Part shown: positions 36,289 to 46,954 of the stretch, piece by piece
How the letters are laid out: the number at the start of each line of letters is the position of its first letter
How positions within the stretch are numbered: position 1 is the stretch's first letter
DNA from: an uncultured bacterium
GTDB lineage: Bacteria; Verrucomicrobiota; Kiritimatiellia; RFP12; UBA1067
Length of the DNA stretch: 64,000 bases
Direction: 5' to 3'
Assembly: GCA_900547945.1 (NCBI GenBank)
Contig: URIT01000004.1
Span: 147-64,146, forward strand
Program-made: the position numbers and the translations under genes
The notes under the pieces: model-generated
What the model was told of the DNA's origin: nothing
The model's input: only the letters and a program-made list of their open reading frames with translations
The model's database searches: none

Positions 36289-37089
36289 ATGGGCACGCTC
36301 TTCCAGGTCAACGATCTCCACGTCACCTACCGCCGTCCGGGCGAGAAACCCCTGGAGGCGGTGAGGGGGGTGAGCTTCACGCTCGCCGAGGGCGAAACGC
36401 TCGGCATCGTGGGCGAGAGCGGCAGCGGCAAGTCGACGATCGCGAAGGCGCTCATGCTCCTCCAGCCGGTTTCCGGGGGCGAAATCCTCTTCTGCGGGAA
36501 GAACGTCGCGGCGTTCGACCGCGCGGCGTGCCGCGCCTACCGGCGGGACGTGCAGATGGTGTTCCAGGACGCGGTGGGCTCGCTCAACCCGCGCATGACG
36601 ATCCGCCAGGCGCTCGACGAGGCGCTGCGGCTCGTACGGGACGACGCGGCGCGGCGGAAGGGGGAGGGGAACCGCACGCCCGAATCCCTGTTGGAGGTCG
36701 TAGGGCTCTCCCGGGCCGTCCTCGACCAGTATCCGCGCGAACTTTCGGGCGGACAGTGCCAGCGCGCGTCGTTCGCGCGGGCGCTTGCGGTGGGCCCGCG
36801 CGTCCTCGTAGCGGACGAACCCGTCTCGGCGCTTGACGTGTCGGTGCAGGCCCGCATCCTCAACCTGCTTCGGGACCTGCGGCGGAACCTGAACCTCTCG
36901 GTGATCCTCATCGCGCACGACCTCGCCGTCGTGCGCAACGTCTGCGACCGCGTGTGCGTCATGCACAAGGGCCTTTTTGCGGACGCGGGCCCGGCGGAGG
37001 AGGTGTTCGCACACCCCACGAGCGCCTATACGCGCGACCTGCTCGCGGCCGTCCCCGACGTCGCGCGCGAACTCGCAAAGCGCCGTTGA
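36289..37089 (+). CDS. ABC transporter ATP-binding protein (Dpp/Opp F-type), no cognate permease in the window
   Basis: GESGSGKST Walker A, LSGGQCQR signature, LVADEPVSALD Walker B. AAGAGGA RBS. Confidence 0.85.
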   Translation: MGTLFQVNDLHVTYRRPGEKPLEAVRGVSFTLAEGETLGIVGESGSGKSTIAKALMLLQPVSGGEILFCGKNVAAFDRAACRAYRRDVQMVFQDAVGSLNPRMTIRQALDEALRLVRDDAARRKGEGNRTPESLLEVVGLSRAVLDQYPRELSGGQCQRASFARALAVGPRVLVADEPVSALDVSVQARILNLLRDLRRNLNLSVILIAHDLAVVRNVCDRVCVMHKGLFADAGPAEEVFAHPTSAYTRDLLAAVPDVARELAKRR

Positions 37090-37140
37090 CGTCGCACCCT
37101 GCCATGCCGTTGACGTCCCGCGCCGACCGGCGCGGGGCTG

Positions 37141-37169
37141 TTGCCCGCGTCCGGTGGATGTGGTAGAAT
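37141..37169 (+). promoter_or_regulatory. Promoter TTGCCC-N17-(TGg)TAGAAT
   Basis: The -10 ends 6 nt before ATG 37176, so the predicted TSS coincides with the A of the start codon (leaderless). Confidence 0.6.
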
Positions 37170-37175
37170 ATCCCC

Positions 37176-38393
37176 ATGAAACTCAACGCACTCATCCTGT
37201 TGGCGGCGGGCGCGGCGCTCGCCGGGAACCTCTTCACCGCCTCGGCGGATACCACGTTCGCGCGCGATGCGCTCAAACCCTACGTCGAGAACGGGCAGCT
37301 GCCGGGCGCGATCAGCGTCTTCGCGAAGCCCGGCGCCGAGGAGATCGCGTGCGTGGGGTACGCGGACGTGGCGGCGAAGCGCCCGATCAAGATGGACGAC
37401 GTCTACATGCAGTGTTCCCAGACGAAGGGCTTCTGCGGCGTGACGATCGCCATCCTCGTGGAGGAGGGCAAGCTCAAGCTCGACGACCCCGTTTCGAAAT
37501 ACCTCCCCGAATTCGCGAATCTGTGGGTCAAGACGTCCGAATCGAACGGCGTGCGCACGCTCACGCGGGCGAAGAACACGCTCACCGTGCGCATGGTGAT
37601 GAACCACACGGGCGGCTTCCCGTTCGAGATTCCCGCCAAGCAGGGCAACATCAAGGGCGGCGGCTGGTCGGGCGGTGCGCCCCTCCGCCAGACGGCGGCG
37701 ATCGCGGCGGCGTGCCCGCTCCTCTTTGAGCCCGGCACGAAGACGCAGTACTCGAACACGGGCATCGACATCGGCGCGGCGGTGACGGAGATCGTCACGG
37801 GCAAGCCGTGGGAGGAGTTCCTGAAGGAGCGCGTGCTGCTGCCGCTCGGAATGAAGGATTCGGGCTTCTGGCCGACCGACGCGCAGCTCGCGCACCAGGT
37901 GGAGATGTACAGCTGCCGGAAGGACCAGCCGGCCGTCTACCAGCGCGAGGCGTCGATGCAGCAGCGCCCGTACAACGACCGCCACGTGTTCGCCTCGGCG
38001 GGTGCGGGCCTCTGGACGACGGCGGCGGACCAGCTCAAGTTCTATAAGATGCTGATGAACCTCGGCAAGGGGGAGAACGGCGTGCGCATCCTCAAGGAAG
38101 AGACGGTGAAGACCCTCCTTGCGGTCTCGTCGCGTCCGAAGGGCATGGGCGGCTACTCGCTCGGCCTCGTGGCGCCGGAGGTGGACAGCGAGGGAAGCTG
38201 GTTCGGCCACGGCGGCGCGTGGGGCACGAACTGCATGGTCAACTGGCACCGCAAGCAGCTCAAGCTCTGGGCGGTGCAGCTCACGGGCGGCCCGCGCCCC
38301 TGGGACGGTGCGCGCGAGAAGGCGGCGAACGCCTTCTTCAACGCGGTGATCGACAATTCCGGGGTGAACGCCTACACCGGCCGCGTGAAGTGA
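37176..38393 (+). CDS. Exported serine hydrolase of the beta-lactamase/PBP (class C-like) family
   Basis: Signal peptide, SQTK (SxxK) motif, YSNTG (YxN), HGGAWG near the C-terminus. Confidence 0.85.
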   Translation: MKLNALILLAAGAALAGNLFTASADTTFARDALKPYVENGQLPGAISVFAKPGAEEIACVGYADVAAKRPIKMDDVYMQCSQTKGFCGVTIAILVEEGKLKLDDPVSKYLPEFANLWVKTSESNGVRTLTRAKNTLTVRMVMNHTGGFPFEIPAKQGNIKGGGWSGGAPLRQTAAIAAACPLLFEPGTKTQYSNTGIDIGAAVTEIVTGKPWEEFLKERVLLPLGMKDSGFWPTDAQLAHQVEMYSCRKDQPAVYQREASMQQRPYNDRHVFASAGAGLWTTAADQLKFYKMLMNLGKGENGVRILKEETVKTLLAVSSRPKGMGGYSLGLVAPEVDSEGSWFGHGGAWGTNCMVNWHRKQLKLWAVQLTGGPRPWDGAREKAANAFFNAVIDNSGVNAYTGRVK

Positions 38394-38426
38394 CGAGACG
38401 GCAGATTTGAGGCTTGGCGCCTCGTT

Positions 38427-38460
38427 CGGCCCCGCGTTGCATCTTGCGACGGCGGGGCCG
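38427..38460 (+). terminator. GC-rich hairpin (9-bp stem CGGCCCCGC / GCGGGGCCG) followed by ATTT
   Basis: Lies 34 nt after stop 38393; only a weak U-tract. Confidence 0.45.
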
Positions 38461-38463
38461 ATT

Positions 38464-38472
38464 TGATAGAAT
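38464..38472 (+). promoter_or_regulatory. Extended -10 element TGATAGAAT
   Basis: Lies 28 nt upstream of ATG 38500, which has an AAAGGAG RBS. Confidence 0.55.
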
Positions 38473-38499
38473 GGGCGGCGTCAGGACAAAGGAGCAGAC

Positions 38500-38892
38500 A
38501 TGACAACGTATGACTACACGGGCGTCGTCGAACTGGTCGGCGAGACGAAGGAGTTTGGGACGAACGGCTTCACGAAGCGGGATCTCGTCGTCGGCAATGA
38601 CGTGGATTCCATGAACAAGTATCCGAATCCCGTTCTCTTCACCTTCAAGAAGGACCGCTGCGCGCTGTGCGACGCGGTGAAGAAGGGCGACCGGGTCAAG
38701 GTCAACTTCACGATCGACGGGCGCCGCTGGGACGGCCCGAACGGAACGCGCTACTTCACGGACCTCACGGGCTGGAAGATCGAGGTGCTGAACGGCGACG
38801 GTTCGTCCACCGAGCCGGTTCCCGCCCCCGCCGAGGCCCCGGCGATGGAGACTTCCGCTGCGGCGAGCGACCCCGACGACCTTCCGTTCTGA
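38500..38892 (+). CDS. DUF3127-family small OB-fold-like protein
   Basis: GVVELVGETKEFGTNGFTKRDLVV....YPNPVLFTFKKDRC...VKKGDRVKVNF.IDGRRW is the typical DUF3127 pattern. Confidence 0.65.
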   Translation: MTTYDYTGVVELVGETKEFGTNGFTKRDLVVGNDVDSMNKYPNPVLFTFKKDRCALCDAVKKGDRVKVNFTIDGRRWDGPNGTRYFTDLTGWKIEVLNGDGSSTEPVPAPAEAPAMETSAAASDPDDLPF

Positions 38893-38894
38893 CG

Positions 38895-39782
38895 GTGAAG
38901 ACCTGGGGTGACATCCTCCGGCTCGGCGGGGCGTATCTCGCGGGCCGGGGCGTGCCGGACGCGCAGGTTGCGGCGGAACTTCTGGTGGCGCGGCTGCTGA
39001 AATGCGGCCGCGGCTTTCTTTCTCCCCACCTCGCGGAAACGCCGTCCGAAGCCTACGTGGAGGCGATGCGGCGCGGCATGGCGCGTCTCGCGAAGGGCGA
39101 ACCGATCCAGTACGTGCTCGGCGAGTGGGACTTCCGTTCGCTCACGCTGACGTGCGACCGGCGGGCGCTCATCCCCCGCCCCGAGACGGAGGAGCTTGTC
39201 ACGCGCGTCCTGAAGTTCCTCCGGGCGCGTTTCCCGTCGCCCTCCCAACCGCCCCCCTCGTCCACGCCCCCCCTCGTCGTGGACGTCGGCACGGGATCGG
39301 GGTGCATCCTCCTCTCCCTCGCGAAGGAATTCCCGGGCGAGGCCGCGTTCCTGGGCATCGACATCTCCGCGAACGCGGTGGCGCTTGCACGCGAGAACGC
39401 GGCCCGGTGCGGGCTGGCCGACCGGGTGGCGTTCACGGTGGCGGACGGTCTGGACGACTTCGACGAGCCGGAGACGGTCGACGTGCTCGTCTCCAACCCG
39501 CCCTACATCCGCACGGCGGACTGCGCGGCGCTCGACCCGCGCATCCGCGACCACGAGCCGATGAACGCGCTCGACGGCGGTCCCGAGGGCCTGGATTTCT
39601 ACGAACGCCTCGTGGGCGACGCGCTCAACGTCCTCCGGCCCGGCGGCGGCGTCTTCTTCGAGATCGGCGACGGACAGGGCGCCGCGCTCCGGAAACTTTT
39701 CTTCGACGCGGGCTTCGACGACATCCGCATTGAGCCGGACGATGCCGGCCACGACCGCTATGCGAGCGCCGTCCTTTCCTGA
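38895..39782 (+). CDS. prmC: Release-factor glutamine N5-methyltransferase
   Basis: GTG start 3 nt after the upstream stop. [23 protein letters not shown] (SAM motif I) and the VSNPPYI catalytic motif. Confidence 0.85.
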   Translation: MKTWGDILRLGGAYLAGRGVPDAQVAAELLVARLLKCGRGFLSPHLAETPSEAYVEAMRRGMARLAKGEPIQYVLGEWDFRSLTLTCDRRALIPRPETEELVTRVLKFLRARFPSPSQPPPSSTPPLVVDVGTGSGCILLSLAKEFPGEAAFLGIDISANAVALARENAARCGLADRVAFTVADGLDDFDEPETVDVLVSNPPYIRTADCAALDPRIRDHEPMNALDGGPEGLDFYERLVGDALNVLRPGGGVFFEIGDGQGAALRKLFFDAGFDDIRIEPDDAGHDRYASAVLS

Positions 39783-39887
39783 CCCCCTCCGTCTTTTTCA
39801 ACTTCTTCATATTTCCGCTTGCTTTCCGCCCAATAAAAGCGATAAACTATTCGCTCACTTTTTTGAACACACCAGGAGTAGACAGAA

Positions 39888-41990
39888 ATGGCAGCTAAAA
39901 CCTTCCCGATTGACCATGTGCGCAACTTCGGCATCATGGCCCACATCGACGGCGGCAAGACGACGACGTCCGAGCGCATCCTTTACTATTCGGGCAAGAA
40001 CTACAAGATCGGCGAGGTGCACGAGGGCGCCGCGACGATGGACTTCATGGTGCAGGAGCAGGAGCGCGGCATTACGATCCAGTCCGCCGCCACGTGCGTG
40101 ATGTGGGGCGCCTACCGCCTCTCCCTGATTGACACTCCCGGACACGTGGACTTCACGGCCGAGGTGGAGCGTTCGCTCCGCGTCCTCGATGGCGCGGTCG
40201 CCCTCTACTGCGCGGTCGGCGGCGTGCAGCCGCAGTCCGAGCAGGTGTGGCGCCAGAGCGAGAAGTACAAGGTGCCGAAGATCGCGTTCGTCAACAAGAT
40301 GGACCGCGTGGGCGCGAACTTCTACGCCGTCATGGACCAGATGAAGAGCCAGCTCGGCGCAAACCCCGTGCCGATGGTGCTGCCGATCGGCGCCGGCGAG
40401 TCGTTCAGCGGCATTGTCGACCTCATCTCGATGAAGGCCCTCCGCTACGACATGAAGACCCTCGGCAAGACGGTCACGGCGGAGGAGATTCCCGCCGACA
40501 TGGTCGAGAAGGCGAAGGAGTACCGCCAGAAAATGGTCGAGAGCGCGGCCGAGCAGGACGACGCCCTCATGGAGAAGTTCTTCGCGGGCGAGGAGCTGAC
40601 GGTCGATGAGATCAAGAAGGCCATCCGCAAGGGCTGCATCGCGCGCACGATCACGCCGGCGTTCTGCGGCAGCGCGTTCAAGGACAAGGGCGTGCAGCAG
40701 CTGCTGGACGGCGTGTGCGACTACCTCCCGTCCCCGCTCGACGCGGGTCCGGCGGTCTCCGCCGACGACCCGTCGCAGAAGCGCGAGCCGAGCGACGCCG
40801 AGCCGTTCTGCGGCCTCGCGTTCAAGATCATGAACGATCCGAAGTCCGGCGGCAAGATCACCTTCGTGCGCGTCTACTCGGGCACGCTCAAGCTCGGCGC
40901 CGAACTGCTCGACTCCACGATCAACCGCGAGCAGCGCATTTCCCGCCTCTTCCGCATGCACGCCGCCAAGCAGGAGCCCCTGGACGAGGCGCACGCCGGC
41001 GACATCGTGGCGTGTGTGGGCCTCACCGAGACGCGCACGGGCGACACGCTCTGCGACCCCGAGCACCCGATCACGCTGGAGTCGATCGACTTCCCGGCGC
41101 CGGTGATCTCCGTCGCGGTGAAGCCGCAGTCCCGCCAGGACAACGAAAAGCTCGGCGTCGCGCTCCACGCGCTCGCGATGGAAGACCCGACCTTCGTCGT
41201 CACGTTCGATCAGGAGACCTCCGAGACGATCATCGCCGGCATGGGCGAGCTCTACCTCGAAGTCATCGTGGACCGCCTCAAGCGCGAGTTCAACGTGGCG
41301 TGCGACGTGGGCGCCCCGCAGGTCGCCTACCGCGAAACGCTCACCCAGAAGGTCGAGAGCGAGTACAAGCACGTCAAGCAGTCCGGCGGCCGCGGCCAGT
41401 ACGCGCACGTCTGCCTGCGCCTTGAGCCGCAGGAGCCCGGCAAGGACTTCGAGTTCGTCAACGAGGTCAAGGGCGGCGTCATCCCGACGGAGTACATCCC
41501 GGCGGTCGAGAAGGGTGTGCGCAAGGCGCTTGAGGCGGGCCCGCTCGCGGGCTTCCCGGTCGTGAACGTCAAGGCGACGGTCTACTTCGGCTCGTACCAC
41601 GAGGTCGACTCGAACGAATTCGCGTTCATCACCTGCGCGATGCAGTGCTTCAAGCAGGGCTTCCTCAAGGCGAAGCCGCAGCTGCTGGAACCGATGATGG
41701 ACGTCGAGGTCGTGGTGCCCGAGCAGTACATGGGCGCGGCGAACGGTTCCATCAACCAGCGCCGTGGCCGCGTGGAGGGCATGGACGACCGTGGCGGCAT
41801 GAAGAGCATCAAGGCGACCGTCCCGCTGGGCGAGATGTTCGGCTACTCGAACGCGATCCGCACGGTCACGCAGGGCCGTGGCACGTTCACGATGATCTTC
41901 AAGCAGTACGAGCCGGTTCCGGCCTCGATCGCGAAGACGGTCATCGAGAAGCGCATCAAGGAAGGCAAGGTCCGCCCGAGCGCCGAATAG
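39888..41990 (+). CDS. fusA: Translation elongation factor G
   Basis: [23 protein letters not shown]1 motif, [13 protein letters not shown]; 700 aa; AGGAG RBS. Confidence 0.97.
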   Translation: MAAKTFPIDHVRNFGIMAHIDGGKTTTSERILYYSGKNYKIGEVHEGAATMDFMVQEQERGITIQSAATCVMWGAYRLSLIDTPGHVDFTAEVERSLRVLDGAVALYCAVGGVQPQSEQVWRQSEKYKVPKIAFVNKMDRVGANFYAVMDQMKSQLGANPVPMVLPIGAGESFSGIVDLISMKALRYDMKTLGKTVTAEEIPADMVEKAKEYRQKMVESAAEQDDALMEKFFAGEELTVDEIKKAIRKGCIARTITPAFCGSAFKDKGVQQLLDGVCDYLPSPLDAGPAVSADDPSQKREPSDAEPFCGLAFKIMNDPKSGGKITFVRVYSGTLKLGAELLDSTINREQRISRLFRMHAAKQEPLDEAHAGDIVACVGLTETRTGDTLCDPEHPITLESIDFPAPVISVAVKPQSRQDNEKLGVALHALAMEDPTFVVTFDQETSETIIAGMGELYLEVIVDRLKREFNVACDVGAPQVAYRETLTQKVESEYKHVKQSGGRGQYAHVCLRLEPQEPGKDFEFVNEVKGGVIPTEYIPAVEKGVRKALEAGPLAGFPVVNVKATVYFGSYHEVDSNEFAFITCAMQCFKQGFLKAKPQLLEPMMDVEVVVPEQYMGAANGSINQRRGRVEGMDDRGGMKSIKATVPLGEMFGYSNAIRTVTQGRGTFTMIFKQYEPVPASIAKTVIEKRIKEGKVRPSAE

Positions 41991-42036
41991 CGTCCGCGCA
42001 GCCGCGCCTTTCGAGGCGTGACGAAAACCGTCCTCC

Positions 42037-42062
42037 CCGCCCTGCGGGCGAGGGCGGTTTTT
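42037..42062 (+). terminator. Intrinsic terminator of fusA (CCGCCCT GCGGGCG AGGGCGG + TTTTT)
   Basis: 7-bp GC stem, 7-nt loop and a T5 run, 47 nt after the stop codon. Confidence 0.8.
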
Positions 42063-42274
42063 CTGTTCTGCTTTGGCGATGATTGAACGCTGACGACAAT
42101 TTTTCCGCGTGAGGCGTCGCAGACATCCCTTGGCTGATTACGGTTCTGGACATGAATGAGATTTTATTACGCACTGAAATCTCACGCCTTGCGCCCCCTG
42201 TGGCCGGAGTCCCGCAGCTCGCTCTACACGCCCGCGCTCGCCGAGCTGTGGCGGAGGATGCGTCAAGGCCGCCC

Positions 42275-42300
42275 GGACGCGCGGGAGTGCGTCCCTCCCC
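42275..42300. repeat. REP-like element (reverse orientation): GGACGCGCGGGAGTGCGTCC + CTCCCC
   Basis: The reverse complement reads GGGGAGGGACGCACTCCCGCGCGTCC, the same architecture as 16115. Confidence 0.6.
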
Positions 42301-42316
42301 AACCCAATCCCACCCT

Positions 42317-42351
42317 CTAAACCCTAAAACCTGAAACCTAAAACCTGAAAC
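42317..42351. repeat. Tandem heptamer array CTAAACC CTAAAAC CTGAAAC CTAAAAC CTGAAAC
   Basis: Same unit family as 1975-2025; lies 36 nt upstream of the -10 of the AI-2E transporter gene. Confidence 0.9.
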
Positions 42352-42383
42352 CTCCCTTCTTCCCCCCGAACGGGGCGGTTTTC

Positions 42384-42392
42384 TGCTATACT
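42384..42392 (+). promoter_or_regulatory. Extended -10 element TGCTATACT
   Basis: Ends 6 nt before ATG 42399 with no SD, so a leaderless mRNA is predicted. Confidence 0.55.
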
Positions 42393-42398
42393 ATCTCC

Positions 42399-43541
42399 AT
42401 GATTCATTTTACGCCAACCCAGAAGAGGACTATTGCCGCCGGCGTGACGGTGCTGTCCTTCGCCATCGTGCTGGCTTTCGTGCTGCTCGTCGGTTGGGGC
42501 GTCCTGAAGTGCCTTTCCTTCGTGGCGCCGGCGCTTGTGCCCGTGATCATGGGCATTTTCCTCGCGCTCTTCTTCAAGCCATACTACGAATGGTTCCATC
42601 GGCTCGTCCACAATCCGACGCTTGCGCTTCTCCTGATGCTCGCGAGCGTCCTCCTGCCGCTGGGCCTCGTCTCGTGGTTCTGCGGGGCGTTCGTCGTGGA
42701 TCAGGCCACGCACCTTGTCCATGCGGCGCCGACGGTTGCGGCGCGCCTGAGCGCGTGGTTGAACGTCCACTACCCGAACGCGCAGGCGTTCCTGGAGCAG
42801 CTCGGCGTCAAGCCCGATGACCTGCCGCTCATGTTCCTCACGGACCCCGCGAAGTTCTCGCAGACGTTCGTCGCGACGGTCGGCAGCGAGTACGGGGCGA
42901 ACGCGATGCGCGCGGGCGTGGGCGTCCTCAAGTCCCTCTCGGGCGTCGGCACCGCTCTCCTGACGCTCATCTTCTTCGTCTTCTTCCTCACGCGCCCGGC
43001 GATGACGGGGCGCGACTATGTGCGCGAGCTGCCGTTCCTCCGGGAGGGGACGCGCGCCTTCGTCGCCAAGCAGATCGATGCGTTCCTCGACATCCTCGTG
43101 AACTTCTTCCAGCGCCAGGTCGTCATCTGCCTCGTCGAGGGTGTCTACTACGGGCTCGGGTTCATGTTCGTGGGCCTTCCCTACGGCTTCGTGATCGGCT
43201 TCCTCCTGGGCGCGCTCAACCTTGTGCCGCTTCTCGGCACGGTGCTCTGCATGCCCCTCGCCCTGCCGATTGCCTACTTCGGCGACGGGGGGAGCGTGTT
43301 GCGGCTCGTCCTCGTGGCGGTCGTCTGGCTCGCGGGACAGGTCCTCGACGGCTACCTCATCACGCCGAAGATCCAGGGCGACAAGACGGGCCTCGGCTAC
43401 GCGGGCGTCATTTTCAGCTTCATCTTCTGGGGCGTCGTCTTCCATTCGTTCCTCGGGCTCCTCCTCGCCATTCCGCTCTCCGCGTTCTGCGTGGTCCTGT
43501 GGCGCGCGCTGAAGGAGACGTACATCCGGGAAGTCATTTAA
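42399..43541 (+). CDS. AI-2E family transporter (PerM/UPF0118 permease)
   Basis: 380 aa, ~8 hydrophobic helices, with the C-terminal LDGYLITPKIQGDKTGL motif typical of the family. Confidence 0.8.
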   Translation: MIHFTPTQKRTIAAGVTVLSFAIVLAFVLLVGWGVLKCLSFVAPALVPVIMGIFLALFFKPYYEWFHRLVHNPTLALLLMLASVLLPLGLVSWFCGAFVVDQATHLVHAAPTVAARLSAWLNVHYPNAQAFLEQLGVKPDDLPLMFLTDPAKFSQTFVATVGSEYGANAMRAGVGVLKSLSGVGTALLTLIFFVFFLTRPAMTGRDYVRELPFLREGTRAFVAKQIDAFLDILVNFFQRQVVICLVEGVYYGLGFMFVGLPYGFVIGFLLGALNLVPLLGTVLCMPLALPIAYFGDGGSVLRLVLVAVVWLAGQVLDGYLITPKIQGDKTGLGYAGVIFSFIFWGVVFHSFLGLLLAIPLSAFCVVLWRALKETYIREVI

Positions 43542-43612
43542 AGGTGGAACGCAGATGCTTCGCGTCTGCGATCTGCGTTCAACGAGAAATACAGAAAGTC
43601 AAAGGTAGTAAG

Positions 43613-45232
43613 ATGGGCGATTTCCATTATCCGATCGGCGGCAAGGGCAAAGACTTCAGGAGCGGCAAGCCGGCGTTCTTCAACAGGCACAAGAAGCGGC
43701 GGCATGGCGGCGGCGGACGCGGCCCGCGCCATCCCGGACTCGCGGAGCATGACGACGCCGTGAAGGTGCCGCCGCTGCCGGAGACGCCCCCGCCCGCCGT
43801 CTACGAGGCGAATGTCTTCGGGAAGCTCGACCTCCGCCTCCAGCACGCGATCGGCGAGGTCGGCTACTCCGTCCCCACGCCCATCCAGGAGAAGGCGATT
43901 CCCTTCCTTCTCGAAGGACGCGACCTCATCGGCTGCGCGCAGACGGGGACGGGTAAGACGGCGGCGTTCATGCTGCCGATCCTGCACCGCCTCCTGCAGG
44001 CGGGCGGCGCGCCGGAGGGCGCGGCGCCGCGCGGCGAGGCCGGCCACCCCCGCGCGCTCGTCCTCTCCCCGACGCGCGAGCTTGCCGCCCAGACGGCGGA
44101 GAACGTCGCGAAGTATTCGAAGTACGCGGGTCTGCCGTTCGCCGTCGTCTTCGGCGGCGTGTCGCAGTTCCCGCAGGTGAAGGCGCTCCAGAAGGGCGCC
44201 GAGACCGTGATCGCCACGCCGGGCCGCCTCATCGACCTGATGACGCAGGGCGTCGTGTTCCTCGACAAGGTGGAGATGTTCGTCCTCGACGAGGCGGACC
44301 GCATGCTCGACATGGGCTTCCTGCCGGACATCAAGCGCATCATCTCGAAGTTGCCGCCGAACAAGGTCGCCCCCGGCGCCACCGCGAACGGCGTCGCCGG
44401 CAAGCTGCGCCAGTCGCTCTTCTTCTCGGCGACGCTCTCGCCCGAGATCCTCAAGCTTGCGGGCGAACTCGTCCATGATCCCGTCCAGATCATGATCTCG
44501 CCCGAGACGCCCACCGTGGACCGCATCAACCAGAAGTGCATGTTCGTGGAGAAGGGCAGCAAGGACAGCCTCCTCATCCACCTCCTGCAGAACCATCCCG
44601 AGTGGAACCGCGTGATCGTCTTCGCGCGCACGCGCCACGGCGCGGACCGTGTGGAGAAGAAGCTCAAGCGCGAGGAGATCGCCGTCGCGGCGATCCACTC
44701 CGACAAGACGCAGGGCCAGCGCACGCGCGCGCTGAAGGCCTTCAAGGACGGGACGCTGCGCGTCCTCGTCGCGACGGACATCGCAAGCCGGGGCATTGAC
44801 GTGCCCGACGTCGACCTCGTCGTCAACATGGAGCTGCCCGTCGAGACGGAGAGCTACGTCCACCGCATCGGCCGCACGGCGCGCGCCGGCGAGAGCGGCG
44901 CGGCGATCTCCTTCGTCGCCCCCGAGGAGCGCGGCCTCCTCAAGGCCGTCGAGCGCTTCATCCGCAAGTCGATCCCCGTCGACCGCGACCAGCCGTTCCA
45001 CTCCGAGGAGGCCGAGCGCAAGGCCGGCAAGCAGGACCAGGGCATGCCCCAGGCTCCCTGGATCCGGGGCGGTGCGCGCAACAAGAAGGGCCAGGCCCGC
45101 CATCCGGGCGCGCGGTTCTGGGACCAGCCGAAGAAGGAGAAGAAATTCATTCATCCGGCAAATGCCAAAAAGGCGAAGCACAACCGCACGAACTACCAGG
45201 GCCGCCGCGAACCCGACTTCGGGCGGAAGTGA
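43613..45232 (+). CDS. DEAD-box ATP-dependent RNA helicase (RhlE-like) with basic N- and C-terminal tails
   Basis: Q motif (GYSVPTPIQ), AQTGTGKT, PTRELA, DEAD (VLDEADRM), SAT, HRIGRTARAG. Confidence 0.9.
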   Translation: MGDFHYPIGGKGKDFRSGKPAFFNRHKKRRHGGGGRGPRHPGLAEHDDAVKVPPLPETPPPAVYEANVFGKLDLRLQHAIGEVGYSVPTPIQEKAIPFLLEGRDLIGCAQTGTGKTAAFMLPILHRLLQAGGAPEGAAPRGEAGHPRALVLSPTRELAAQTAENVAKYSKYAGLPFAVVFGGVSQFPQVKALQKGAETVIATPGRLIDLMTQGVVFLDKVEMFVLDEADRMLDMGFLPDIKRIISKLPPNKVAPGATANGVAGKLRQSLFFSATLSPEILKLAGELVHDPVQIMISPETPTVDRINQKCMFVEKGSKDSLLIHLLQNHPEWNRVIVFARTRHGADRVEKKLKREEIAVAAIHSDKTQGQRTRALKAFKDGTLRVLVATDIASRGIDVPDVDLVVNMELPVETESYVHRIGRTARAGESGAAISFVAPEERGLLKAVERFIRKSIPVDRDQPFHSEEAERKAGKQDQGMPQAPWIRGGARNKKGQARHPGARFWDQPKKEKKFIHPANAKKAKHNRTNYQGRREPDFGRK

Positions 45233-45238
45233 GGGATA

Positions 45239-46954
45239 ATGACGAAGAGACTTCTTGCTCTTGCTCTTGCTCTTGCGTGTTGCTGTGCGGTGGCGCAGGG
45301 GGTCGTCTCGGACAGATCGGGACAGCCGCGCAGGGAAGGCGAGCGCCTCTATAACGGCATTGTCCTCCCGAAGGCGTGGCCGCCGCGCGACGTGCCGCCT
45401 GCGGGGCGGAGCGAGCTGCCCGTGCCGTATCTCGGCGCGGGGCGCCCCGCCGTCGCGTTCATCGACGTCGGCCGCCAGCTGTTCGTCGACGATTTCCTCG
45501 TCGAGCGGACCGACCTCGCGCGCGTCTACAACCACCCCGTCAAGTACGCGGGCAACCCCGTCCTCAAGCCCGAGAACGACTTCGAGCGGCACCGTCCCCA
45601 GAACGCCATCGCCCTCCCGAAGGGCGGCGGTCTCTGGTGGGACGCCGCGCGCGCGGTCTTCCGCCTCTGGTACGAGGCGGGCTGGTGCCACCGCATCTGC
45701 TACGCCGAATCGAAGGACGGCCTCCGGTGGGAGCGTCCCGCGCTCGACGTCGTCCCCGGAACGAACCGCCTCCTGCCGGACCAGGGCGTCGATTCCTGGA
45801 GCGTCGTCCCCGACCCCGACGCCGCCGACCCGCTGGAGCGCTGGAAGCTCTTCGTCATGCCGGGCGGCAACAACTGCCCGGGCTTCTGCTACACGAGCGC
45901 GGACGGCATCCACTGGACGAACAGGACGAAGACGGGCGACATCGGCGACCGCACGACGATGTTCTACAATCCGTTTCGGCGCAAGTGGGTGTTCTCCCTG
46001 CGCGGCGGCTGGAAGGACAGCGGCCGCGCGCGGCGCTACTGGGAGGGCGACGACTTCCTCGCGGACTGCACGTGGGACTGGTACGACGAGAAATCGCCCC
46101 GCTGGGCCGTCCGCTGGCTGCGCGCCGACCTCCACGACGTGCAGACGGACCGTCCGGTCGAGAACCGCGCCGCGCAGCTCTACAGCTTCGACGCCGTGGC
46201 CTACGAGTCCATCATGCTCGGCGGCTTCGAGATCCACTGGGGGCCCGAGAACGACGTCTGCGAACGGCACGGCATGCCGAAGATCACCGAGATCCAGTTC
46301 GCCTACTCCCGCGACGGCTTCCACTGGTCGCGTCCCGACCGCCGTGCGGCGATCCGCGCGGAGCGGTGGGCGTCCGACAAGTGGGACCGCGGCTACGTGC
46401 AGCCGCTCTCGAACCTCTGCGTCATCCGCGACGAGAAGCTGTGGTTCTACTACGGCGCGTTCGGCGGCGATCCCACGCGCCTGCGCCGGAGCGGGACGGG
46501 CCCGGGAACGGGCAACGGGAGCATGAACGGCATGTACGACAACGGTGCGATGGGCTGCGCCGTCCTGCGGCGCGACGGGTTCGTCGGCCTGAAGGCGGAG
46601 GCGGCGGGCGAGGTGCTGACGCGCCCCGTGCGCTTCAGCGGCCGCCATCTCTTCGTGAACGTCGACGCGCCGCAGGGCGCGCTCCGCGCGGAGGCGCTGG
46701 ACGCGGCGGGCGCCGTCGTGCCGGGTTTCTCGGCGGAAGACTGCGTCGCGGTCTCGGGCGACACGACGAAAGCGCGCATTTCCTGGAAGGGGAAGGCTGA
46801 CCTTGCCGAGCTGTGCGGGAAGGACATGCGTTTCCGCTTCGTGTTGGAGAAAGGCACGCTCTATTCGTTCTGGGTGAGCCGCTCCCCAGAGGGCGCGTCG
46901 AACGGTTACCTCGCCGGCGGCGGTCCCGGCTACGCCGGCCTCGTCGATCGCTGA
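45239..46954 (+). CDS. Exported five-bladed-propeller-type glycosidase-like protein (GH32/43/130-like, family unresolved)
   Basis: Signal peptide. Recurring S/T-x-DG-x-x-W blade motifs (ESKDGLRWERP, TSADGIHWTN, YSRDGFHWSRP). Confidence 0.5.
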   Translation: MTKRLLALALALACCCAVAQGVVSDRSGQPRREGERLYNGIVLPKAWPPRDVPPAGRSELPVPYLGAGRPAVAFIDVGRQLFVDDFLVERTDLARVYNHPVKYAGNPVLKPENDFERHRPQNAIALPKGGGLWWDAARAVFRLWYEAGWCHRICYAESKDGLRWERPALDVVPGTNRLLPDQGVDSWSVVPDPDAADPLERWKLFVMPGGNNCPGFCYTSADGIHWTNRTKTGDIGDRTTMFYNPFRRKWVFSLRGGWKDSGRARRYWEGDDFLADCTWDWYDEKSPRWAVRWLRADLHDVQTDRPVENRAAQLYSFDAVAYESIMLGGFEIHWGPENDVCERHGMPKITEIQFAYSRDGFHWSRPDRRAAIRAERWASDKWDRGYVQPLSNLCVIRDEKLWFYYGAFGGDPTRLRRSGTGPGTGNGSMNGMYDNGAMGCAVLRRDGFVGLKAEAAGEVLTRPVRFSGRHLFVNVDAPQGALRAEALDAAGAVVPGFSAEDCVAVSGDTTKARISWKGKADLAELCGKDMRFRFVLEKGTLYSFWVSRSPEGASNGYLAGGGPGYAGLVDR

